From contig NW_025963779.1 in NCBI RefSeq assembly GCF_023055435.1, positions 43,462,001 through 43,526,000 on the forward strand: a stretch of 64,000 bases of DNA, given 5' to 3'. The notes under the pieces were generated by a model. The model saw only the letters and a program-made list of their open reading frames with translations. It did not search any database and was not told the origin of the DNA. Position numbers and translations under genes: made by a program. Source of the DNA: Haliotis rufescens (lineage: Eukaryota). Of the stretch, positions 53,760 through 64,000 are shown piece after piece. Position 1 is the stretch's first letter, and each line of letters begins with the position of its first letter.

Positions 53760-54605
53760 GAAATTTTACACACTGATATTTCTTGTCATGATCTGAAATG
53801 AGTTCGATAATGTCTTAAGTACATTTGACAGAGTTATGGCTCCTACTCTGTGCTTTTGAACTTAGTGCGTAGTGTCTGCAGTAGGGACATGTTTTCTCAG
53901 AAACTACGGAAGTTACATAAATGAAAGTTTGCATGCTTATCTAAAAGATACTTATCAAAACTGAGTTTGGACATTGGCGCAATAAATTATTTTTATACAG
54001 AGCTGTCGCCCATGGTCCATGCTTTTGAACTTACTACGTAGTGTCTGCGATGGAAACATGTCTGCTCAGAAACTACGGACGTCACATTAATTTTGCAATC
54101 TTTTCTGAGAGATACTTGTCGAGCTGAGTTTAAAATTGGTGCTGTAAAATGTTTTGTTACAGGGTTATGAACTTCGAGCCATGCTTTTCAACTTACTGCA
54201 TTGTGTCTGCAATTGGGACAAGTTTTCTCAGAAACTACTGACGTCACATGGACGCATGCATATCTATGAGAAACTTGTCAAAACTGTGTTCGAAAACTGG
54301 TGCCGTACATTATTTTTCCCCAGAGTTACTTCCCTTGGTACATGTTTTTAGATTTTGAGCATACATACTTATGACCCTTGATCCACGTTATTTTAGTGTC
54401 TGCAATGGGGACAAATTTTCTCAGAAACTGCTAAGTTAGCTTATGTAAGTATTGGTGTTCGAGAATTTCACATTTAATTATTTTTCTGATGACAAAGCGA
54501 CCCGAGTGCCAATCTCATCTTATGGCTTTATAGGACTCTTTTTCTAGAGTTTATATTCACTACAAACAAACAAAATTCTAATGTGCCCCATGGCGGGGTA
54601 TAGGG
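53760..54605. mobile_element. pearl/HINE-like (Helentron-associated) element with ~165-bp diverged core repeats
   Basis: ~4 copies of agagtta..gtgtctgc..ctcagaaactac; terminal hairpin ccccatggcgggg. Classification is inference. Confidence 0.55.
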
Positions 54606-54773
54606 ATAACGCTGTTTTCTTGTTTACTGTAACTTAAACCATGGGAAAATATATGCAATACACCATTCCACCAGCGCAGTATTTAAATATAAGTCAACTG
54701 TTTCAATGTTACTAAATGTCACCCTCTGATCATGAGAACGTCTGATCTTTATCTGCGAACCAACCTACTCCAG

Positions 54774-54944
54774 AGACAGATGAAAAAGAGGGTCGAGTCC
54801 TTGGAGCGACTGCTGGCTGAAGAGCGTCTGAAGGTGATGACAGCGGAGAAGAAGCTGTTGCTTGTCACACAGGAAACAGTATCAACCGCCATGTCCGACG
54901 ACTCGAAACTGCATCTGAGAGAAAAGGAGCTACTACAACAAGAG
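54774..54944 (+). CDS. SOGA: SOGA/MTCL-like exon (RQMKKRVESLERLL...LLQQE)
   Basis: ctccag acceptor, GAG|gtatgc donor, 171 nt, phase 0/0. Confidence 0.85.
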
Positions 54945-55118
54945 GTATGCTGCAATCAGGCTAGTGTAGCTGTAGTATTTCACTCATTCAAACTGACACC
55001 ATCTACCATATATTAGCAATGTGTTGGCTGAGAGTTGTGAAGGGAAAGAAATATGTACCCACCACATCTTATACACTTGACTTCTTCCTACCTATAAACA
55101 AAACAATGCATGGGAAAT

Positions 55119-55865
55119 AGCACCATAATGTTGTAGCCTAACCGCCCATCCGAGCACCATAATGTTGTAGCCTAACCGCCCATCCGAGCACCATAATGTT
55201 GTAACCTAACCGCCCATCCGAGCACCATAATGTTGTAACCTAACCGCCCATCCGATCACCATAATGTTGTAGCCTAACCGCCCATCCGAGCACCATAATG
55301 TTGTAACCTAACCGCCCATCCGAGCACCATAATGTTGTAACCTAACCGCCCATCCGAGCACCATAATGTTGTAACCTAACCGCCCATCCGAGCACCATAA
55401 TGTTGTAACCTAACCGCCCATCCGAGCACCATAAAGTTGTAACCTAACCGCCCATCCGAGCACCATAATGTTGTAACCTAACCGCCCATCCGAGCACCAT
55501 AATGTTGTAACCTAACCGCCCATCCGAGCACCATAATGTTGTAACCTAACCGCCCATCCGAGCACCATAATGTTGTAACCTAACCGCCCATCCGAGCACC
55601 ATAAAGTTGTAACCTAACCGCCCATCCGAGCACCATAATGTTGTAACCTAACCGCCCATCCGAGCACCATAATGTTGTAACCTAACCGCCCATCCGAGCA
55701 CCATAATGTTGTAACCTAACCGCCCATCCGAGCACCATAATGTTGTAGCCTAACCGCCCATCCGAGCACCATAATGTTGTAACCTAACCGCCAATCCGAG
55801 CACCATAATGTTGTAACCTAACCGCCAATCCGAGCACCATAATGTTGTAACCTAACCTCCCATCG
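55119..55865. repeat. Highly homogeneous 34-bp minisatellite (agcaccataatgttgtaacctaaccgcccatccg), ~22 copies
   Basis: Direct periodicity. Confidence 0.97.
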
Positions 55866-55904
55866 TGGTATAATAAGTGACAATTCATCTCTCATTTTGT
55901 TAGT

Positions 55905-56700
55905 TCAGGTGTCATCTGACATCCCATGACTTCGTGTCATCAATTATCCCACCATCCTGCGTTGCCATCTAACCTACTATCTTGCTGCGTTGTCATCTAT
56001 TCTCTTATCATGCTGTGTTCATACATAACCTCCTATTGACCTGCGTTGTCATCTATTATTACGTCGTGCTGCCTTTTCATATATTCTCCCTTTATGCTGC
56101 GTTGTATACTACGTCATCATGCAACATTGTCACCTCACCTTCCATCATGCTGCATTGACATACAATCTCCCATTCTGCTTTGTTGTCATCTATTCTCCCT
56201 TCATGCGTGCAGTGTCACCTAACCTTCCATCAAACCGCGTTGTCATCTAACTTCCATGCTGCATTTTCATCTATTATCCAATCATGCCGTGTTGTCATCT
56301 AAACTTCCATCATGCTGCATTGTCACTTAATCTTTCATCATGTTGCATTGCTATCTAACCCCCCCCCCCATCGTGCTGCATTGACATCTATTCTCCCATA
56401 ATGCCGCATTGTCACGTTACCTTCCATTATGCTTCGTTGTCATCTATTATCCCATCGTGCTGCAGTGTCACCTAACCTTTCATCAAACCGCATTGTCATC
56501 TATAATCCCATCGTGCTACATTGTCATCTATTCCCCAATCGCGCTGCATTGTCATCTATTGCCCCATCGTACTGCGTTGTCTTCTGTTCTCCCACCGTGT
56601 TGCCCTTGTCATCTATCCTTTGATTATGCTGCTGTCATAATTCTTCCATCATGTTGTCTTGTCGTCTAACCTTCGATCATGCTGAGTTGTCATCTTACTG
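55905..56700. repeat. Degenerate ~28-30-bp tandem repeat (catcatgctgcattgtcatctaacc)
   Basis: Recurrent motif. Confidence 0.8.
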
Positions 56701-56739
56701 GGTTGTCTTGTCGTGCTATGCGACCTAGCCTCATGTCAG

Positions 56740-56975
56740 TGACTGCTGTTACATGCGGCAGTCAGCAATATTGCGGCTATATCGTTTCTGCCTGTAAACA
56801 GTCGAGTCTTGACCATGTAACCCAATGGTTGATTGTATGATCACCGATCCACACCGTCAGTATGCAATGACACACAGTCAGCCAAGTTTCGCATTAAAAC
56901 CGCCCGATCCTCATCAGAGCGTTTTAACTATTAGCGTAGCATATTTGAGAGCAAATCTGCCCAGGAATCTCAAAG
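56740..56975 (-). mobile_element. Degenerate SINE family C copy
   Basis: cagcaatattgcggctatat..tgtaaacagtcgagtct matches 45730-45790. Confidence 0.6.
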
Positions 56976-57010
56976 GGAGTATGTTATGGTGAAATTGTCT
57001 GTTGTTGCAG

Positions 57011-57136
57011 TTAATTGAGAGCCAGAAACACTTGAAGATTGCTACAGATCAGATCAAAGGATTGAAAGAAAGACTTCACATAATGGAGGAGGAACACATC
57101 AGATTGAAGATAGACTACAGCAGCATCTGTGAACAG
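57011..57136 (+). CDS. SOGA: SOGA/MTCL-like exon (LIESQKHLKIATDQIKGLKERL...ICEQ), absent from the ORF track
   Basis: gttgcag acceptor, CAG|gtacta donor, 126 nt open, phase 0/0. Confidence 0.8.
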
Positions 57137-57363
57137 GTACTACTATGGAGGAGTAATGGCCATATTTAGTATATCCTCATTAACGTAAAATTGCTCTTCG
57201 GTAGACAACTCTGACACGGCATGCTGACAATGAGTCGACCAGTCCTTTTTTATGCCCAACAAGTAAGCTAAACTACCAGCACTATGTCAAATGTCACGGT
57301 CGTCTTGTAAGCATGTATGTCTTTGCATAGAGTTAATTAAATGAATTCCTGACTCCCTTCCAG

Positions 57364-57471
57364 CTGGACTTGTTAGAACACAGTTTCTATGACTCCGACA
57401 AAACTCCAGAAGGCAACATCGAACCCGACAGCTCAACACCAAACGTGACGAAACGTCTTTCCCCATTAAAG
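57364..57471 (+). CDS. SOGA: SOGA/MTCL-like exon (LDLLEHSFYDSDK...RLSPLK)
   Basis: cccttccag acceptor, AAG|gtttgt donor, 108 nt, phase 0/0. Confidence 0.75.
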
Positions 57472-57735
57472 GTTTGTACAGGCACTCCATACACACTTCA
57501 AATAAACCGTGCCAATACCTTCTTATGTTATGTGTTAAGCCCATTTCTGGAGTCCCGGCCTTGATCTTGATTGAATATTGCTAAAAGCAGCGTAAAACCA
57601 TATCATTCACTCAATCACTTTTTTATTGTGTGTACTCAAAACGCGTTATCCATAACATGACTGAAGGAAATGAACTGAAAAAATACATCATTCTGGACAA
57701 TGTATTGATGTGTGGCCTTTTCGCATGACGACTAG

Positions 57736-57834
57736 ATTCCACATCGCCAGAGCAGCATAGAAGCCATGTCTCTGGATCAGAAGTGTGCCATGTACAAACT
57801 TAAAGCAGAGGAGCTGCAGTACAAGGTGGAAGAG
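57736..57834 (+). CDS. SOGA: SOGA/MTCL-like exon (IPHRQSSIEAMSLDQK...KVEE)
   Basis: actag acceptor, GAG|gtaggt donor, 99 nt, phase 0/0. Confidence 0.75.
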
Positions 57835-60004
57835 GTAGGTCACCTCACACACCAGGCACCTATACACAAACACACACCTTTAGAAACACATACTACCACA
57901 TGCAACACTGTTACAAGTAGCACGCACATTATCATTACACATTTAGAAACACTTTTCACATGCTATACTTAAGAAGCTTCGAACATACCTTTGACCTCGT
58001 GATACTTCCTCTGAAAATATATTTCACACTTCACTTACCGTTTATGCATGTGTGACATCTTTGTTTATTTGCACCTCCTTTGAAATTAGTACCTTCCAAC
58101 AAGTCATTGAGTACCGATAGCAACTTAATTTAACAAAGGAATGCGAATGTTGTTAATTGTGTTGCGTCTTAGGAATGATGTCTGGTGCTAGGGTTAGTTA
58201 CGTACGTGGGCTGGCATGTGTTTGTTGACGAAGCTTTGTTTCAGGCTCCCGAGACAAGGATATCGTTGTCCTCTGAGAGGTCACGACCCCATATGAATTA
58301 AAACAACATGTCCCAATGTGTGAAGACGTGTGTCTGCTACTTTGAGTAGCCGTGGGACATGGGGCAACAGAGATGTTATTATTTGAATCGTGACAGCTTC
58401 GCGATAGATACGTTTTTAACGTCGTCACAAACATGCTTCATTCTAAATACGCAGGAACTTACATGATAGCTTTTCGTTTTTTTATATTGAAAATGTTAAA
58501 TAATCTTAGTAATTCTGTTTTTTGAGATCTTAAAACTAAAATATTTTTGACACATGTGAGGTATTCCTGTTCCAACAACCTGCAGCACATAAGACTATAG
58601 AACGTCTTTTGGCTTTATGCATCATTTGCGCCTTGTGTAGTATTGTTTAATGATCACTTCTTTGCCACGTTCACGTCACTCCTTATTTCAATTGTCATAG
58701 AACTGTAACATAGACCAGTATCGGAGTCGTCTCGACACCCGCCTCCAAACAGCTGGCTCCAACACTCAAGACTAACCAGAGACATCCATGTGTACTAAAT
58801 AACATAATTGCTATTATTATTATTGTTTCATGTGACTACTGATTATTGTCTCCTCCACAGATGGCCCTCCCCGACCCTCAGCGGCCCGCCTCTGCCTGTA
58901 TACAACAGTGTTGACATACACAGCCCGTACACTTCCATGGTACAACACACCGTAACACCAGCAAGTCTCCCTCCATCCTCCGAGCAATCCTCCATACATG
59001 CTGCTGTTTCCGTCATAAGCCTGAATAAATTGGATACGAACACGTTATACAGCGCGATAGATTGCTCACTTCAGGTTAAGCAGTGCTACGAGTAGAACCA
59101 ATTGTGAAACTGCGACGTGTATGTTTGAGGCCTGCGTAGGGCTGTGTCCATGCCATGGTTCATCAGTTCAATGAAATCGGAATAAATTGCAAGTTATTCA
59201 AGTGGAATATAGTAACACACTCACAAACACATGTATAATACTTCCCGATGGACTTAAGATACGACGCTTTGAATGGTACACCCAGTGGATGCATCCTCCT
59301 TACAAACTGCATTCACTAAAGACTTATTAACCGACCAGTGGTTGGATTGCTCGAGAGATGAGGGTTGTTACTTACGCCGACCAAAAAGCGGGCTGTACAC
59401 AGACGTTACTGGGGACGAACTGTGAAGTGTTACGGGCTGTATCATTAATTGCCTGTGATCCGACCCATTCCAATACCTGATAATTGTTTTTACTAATAGT
59501 ATGTTTTGCTATACGTCGTGTGCGCATTGTAAATAACGCGAATATAGTGTGTGGAGTTCATGATCTCACAAGGTGCTCAAGAACTGTGAACTGTTGAACT
59601 TGTGGCGACAATCATGTTATTGATGTGCGAATTTCGCATGTGTGTAGATAGATAGGAATGTACACCTGACCATGATAATCATTAAATAAATTGTGATGTT
59701 ACAGCAAGACATGTTTTTATACGTTTGTGCATGATTAATTAATACTGCACGCAATACTGCAAGTTGACTGATACCCCGGATTAACATTAGATATACATGA
59801 GGTATAGGAAGGGGTATTGCACAGAACTGAAAAATTGGAGTTATCAAGTGTAATATTAATATTACATATAGACATGAAGTCTTGGATGTGCCAAGTGCAC
59901 GGTTACTAACTGTAACATGTACATGAAGTATAGGATGTGCAAAATGTTATGCTAACATGGCATAAACATGAGGTATAAGATGTGTCAGCTGTTAGATTTA
60001 CATG

Positions 60005-61020
60005 CTCACAGTCGGGATACACAATCGGGATACAAAATCCTAAACGCACAATCAAAGCTGAGATTCACAATCCTAATCACACAATCGCGTTCGAGATACG
60101 TAGACACACAATCACAGTCGGTAGACACAATTCTACATACGCACAATCACAGTCGGGAAACAATCCTACCAATATAATCACATTCGAGATACACAATCAT
60201 AAACACGATCACAGTCGAGATACACAATCTTTCACACAATCACAGTCGAGATACACAAGCTTTTACACAATCACAATCGAGATACACAATCCTTCACACA
60301 ATCACAGTCGAGATAAACAAGTTTTCACACAATCACAGTCGAGATACACAAGCTTTCACACACCCACAGTCGAGATAAACAAGTTTTCACACAATCACAG
60401 TCGAGATACACAAGCTTTCACACAATCACAGTCGAGATACACAAGTTTTCACACAATCACTTCGAGATACACAAGCTTTCACACAATCACAGTCGAGATA
60501 TACAAGCTTTCACACAAACACAGTCGAGATACACAATCCTTCACACAATCACAGTCGAGATAATCAAGCTTTCACACAATCACAGTCGAGATACACGATC
60601 CTTTACACAATTACAGTTAGGATACACAATCATACACATTCAAGCACAGTCCAAAAGCAAAACCCTACATATAATATATCACATTTGAGATACACAATTC
60701 TTTATAAGCAACTACATTCGGCATACTAATTAGTACATATGTGGGATACACAATCCCGCATACAAAATCGCAGTCGGGATACATAATTCTTGTTAAGCAA
60801 TCACAGTCGGATACACAATCCTCCACACACAATCACAGTCGGCATTCACATTTCTACACCCCAACTCACATTCGCCATACATAATCCTACACACATAATC
60901 ACATTCAAGATACAAAATCCTACACAAACTATCAATTTTGGGATACACAATCCTACATATACAATCATATTCGACATGCACAATCCTACAGACACAATCA
61001 CTGTTGAGATACACAATCAG
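60005..61020. repeat. 31-bp minisatellite (cacaatcacagtcgagatacacaagctttca), homogeneous core 60200-60600
   Basis: Direct periodicity. Confidence 0.92.
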
Positions 61021-61431
61021 GGTCAGGATATGTGAAACTGTAATTGTAATTATGTTATCCGTTACACTTGGAACATTACGAATTAATAACCTTCAACCCA
61101 GATGCACCGAGTCTTAACATTCACAGCAAACATTATGACATCGAAATATCAACATGGATTCTCCCGCCATATAAATGTACTGAAAAACAGTATCATAATT
61201 ATTGTGTCACGCTCCATCGTAGAAACAATGCATTGGCGACATCAGTGCTCATCGTTTGTCTTGTCTCGTATCGATACTCGGTAAATTTGCGATGACAAGT
61301 CTGCCACAGTCGAACTGAATCGAATACGTTCTCTGTTGGCAAAAACACGAAATCGAAATAACAAGTCACTTTTTGTTCTTCGAAAACATTAGACGCTTTA
61401 ACATATGATATATCGAATCAAGAAATACAAG

Positions 61432-61700
61432 TGAGTGAGGAAATATGAGTTAAACGGCGCTATGAACAGTATTCCTGTTATATCACGGCGTGTCAGCTTA
61501 ATGTGGGAGTAAAGCCCGAAGTGGTGCAGGTCGTAGACATTTACTAATGTGGTGAAACCCACAAGACACGGGTGTGGTGCTGACAAACCAAGAAACAATA
61601 CTGGGATTCGCGCCACGATCATAGGTTTCTGGCATGCCCCGGGGACAAAACTCTGCACAGCGAATTGCGGCGCCTTAGACGATATGGCCATCCGTGCTGG
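61432..61700 (-). mobile_element. SINE family B, near full length
   Basis: Similarity to 7070-7287 and 28170-28392. Confidence 0.85.
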
Positions 61701-61864
61701 GCCACGAGGTATCGAGTGATGGTATTGAAGAGATGAGGAAAAGGAACAACTTTGTGTAAAATGGTACTCAAACGAACATGTTAGCGGTGTATTGTAAGAG
61801 GATAACCAATCCGATAAGACGACAGAAGTGTAGTCAAGAAATGAAAGTTTAAGATGACTTGATC

Positions 61865-62420
61865 CATAGTAAGTCATGCCCCCATGATTGGTCAAATAGT
61901 CGTTTATACGTCGTGGCAAGGTCTGAATCAATCTTCCAATGACATTTTGAGGGAGTCTTGTCCACTCCTCTTGCAGTGCCTGGTCCAGTTCTGCTAACGT
62001 AGCGGTGGCCTTTGACGTCGGCGTACTCGTCTTCCGATCTTGTCTCAGGCGTGCTCTATGGGGTATAGGTCAGGACACATGGCTGACCCTTGCATTCTGG
62101 TGATGTTTTGCTGCTGGAGGTAGACAGTGTACGTGCACGGGGAGCACTGTTGTACTGCCCAGTGACCCCTCTATCGGCAATATGCAGTGGTCTTCTGGCA
62201 GTGGCGTTCTGAATCTATACCTCGTTCGCATGATGTTCGTTAGGGCGCCTCCAGACACGGCCACGCCTGTCAAGAAAAAACAGACTGAATCTGGTCTCAT
62301 CTGAAACATTACACGAAGACCATCGTCGATTGCCCCAGTTTCTACGCTCTTAGCGTCATTGCCATCTGGCTAGAATGTGTCGATTTGTTAACGGTGGTGT
62401 GCAGATTAGCTGCCCGCGGG
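61865..62420 (-). mobile_element. Tc1 transposase fragment
   Basis: FSDETRF, HHQNAR, PIEHA*D and GGMTYY motifs. Confidence 0.75.
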
Positions 62421-62625
62421 TAATTACTATTTGTCATTAACATTTTGTTCCTGTGAATTCAAAATCTGCAAACATCTCGCTGAGTTCAACCAGTTTGGAA
62501 CATGTCAATAGCCCTGATCATAAATACTGCATTATTAAAGCAAGAGTAGAGAGTTGTCGCGTTGACATCATGTATTGTTTGTCCTATGCAGTGATTAATG
62601 GTGATTGATGCATGGTGTATTGTAG

Positions 62626-63612
62626 ATGAACGATATCTGGCGGTCGAAGAATGCTGCGTCAGAGGAAGAGAAGCTGGAACTTGAAGCTGAACTTAGACAA
62701 ACGAAGGAGGACGTTAGGGTTATGAGTATCATGCTAGAGAAGGTTAAGGACGAACTGTGTGAGAAGGAGAAGGTCATCGCCATATCAGAGACAAATATCA
62801 ACGAAAACCTACGTGCTATCACAAGGCGTGACGAAATCGTTCAGGAGCAGGACATGCTTCTGAAACAGCGTGATGACGATTTCCGTGTAATACTGGAACA
62901 AATCTCGAACAGGGACGAGGGTATACGCGAGTTAAGAGAAGCTGTGAGAAACCGTGACGAACGTTTGAAAGAAAAAGATGATATTTTGTGCAAACTTAAT
63001 AGCAGTTTAGATTGCAAGCAGCGAGATGTGAAAATGTTGAGTGATAAGGTAAAGGACTGTGGCTCTCAGTTAAATGAAAAAGAGGCTGTAATATCAGTCT
63101 TGCAACAACAGATCTCCCACAATACCAGGAGAGATAATGGCAGTGAAACAGACATAGAAAAAGAAAACTGTAGACTTAAGGAAACTCTGAGGATGCAGCA
63201 AAGTGACTTCAATGAAATAAGGCATGAAAAAATTAAGTTCGCAAAGGATTTAGAAACGTCAAGGAAAGCCCTGGACGAGGCTATGTTATTATGGGACAAA
63301 GACAAAGCTTATTTTGAAAGGACAATAAACGTTGCTGATGAGAAAGTTAAACTATACGAAACGCTTCCTTCAATGAATAAACTTGAAATTGAAAAAGCTA
63401 TGAAATCAGATGCTCATCAGTATTTTCAAGAGAAGGAAATACTTGTATGTGATATTCATAATCTCAAAAAGGAACAGGAACTAGCCCTAAAAGCTGTGCA
63501 GGAAGAGAATAGCATTCTCCAGTCAGAAGTGGTGGATAAAGGCAGACAGCTGCGTCAAGAAACAGAAATACAAAGCAAACTTCGGCAAGACATAGAAAGA
63601 CTTTCGGCACAG
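62626..63612 (+). CDS. SOGA: Large coiled-coil exon of the same gene; the gene continues beyond the window
   Basis: ttgtag|ATG acceptor, CAG|gtaaaa donor, 987 nt phase 0/0, heptad-rich E/K/L/Q protein. Confidence 0.85.
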
Positions 63613-64000
63613 GTAAAAAATGCACATTGTGTCTCAGTTCATTGGTTTGTACGTTTAATAATATTTTTTGCAGACTTCCTAAAGGGGCTGTGTTATAACA
63701 GGTTCAGAGTTTCATATATTCTAATGAAGTGTACCTGCGCAAAACAAAATCTACAGAAAAGGTATAATACTTGGATGAATGTGTATATGAATTTAACCCC
63801 ATCACGCCCCCTGGAACCATTTAGATGAGTTTCAAGTTAACCAGCAGATGCAACAGTGTTAATGATCTCTCCAGAGCATAACATCATATCAGTCGTTGCA
63901 CAGTCTATCGAAATAACAAGGAGACAAGTATAACAATTCAACGCCAGAGAATAACCAGTCTCGATTATCAGCATATTCTATTGGTCGTAAAAGGCAAAAT

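Noticed and set aside
55119-55865. CRISPR-like array
   Set aside because: Head-to-tail repeats without unique spacers, no cas genes, eukaryotic intron; the same applies to the other arrays.
59982-60563. 193-aa repetitive ORF
   Set aside because: Translation of the 31-bp minisatellite.

Overview
Eukaryotic, AT-rich (metazoan) DNA. The repeat content points to a gastropod mollusc, probably abalone-like; this is inferred, not proven. The window holds the middle of one + strand spliced gene for a long coiled-coil protein of the SOGA/MTCL family. Its frame-consistent exons are 46275-47502, 53315-53685, 54774-54944, 57011-57136, 57364-57471, 57736-57834 and 62626-63612, with a probable upstream exon at 552-614. 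The ~45 kb before the first large exon is a stack of nested, mostly dead transposons, several with recoverable termini and TSDs. An I-clade LINE is split by a solo LTR, a SINE by a TGT..ACA TIR element, and an R4-clade LINE by an IS3EU-like element that is itself split by a palindromic element. A CR1 LINE with a 2A-like motif is split by a Tc1 element and a deleted BEL/Pao element. There are also several SINE families (one with a 5S rRNA-derived head), MITEs, large intronic minisatellites and two N gaps. No prokaryotic-type system, CRISPR array, rRNA gene or true tRNA gene is seen. The most novel-looking items are the 5S-headed SINE, the IS3EU-like and Ginger-like non-autonomous elements, a duplicated in-frame splice acceptor, and a candidate cassette-exon chain.
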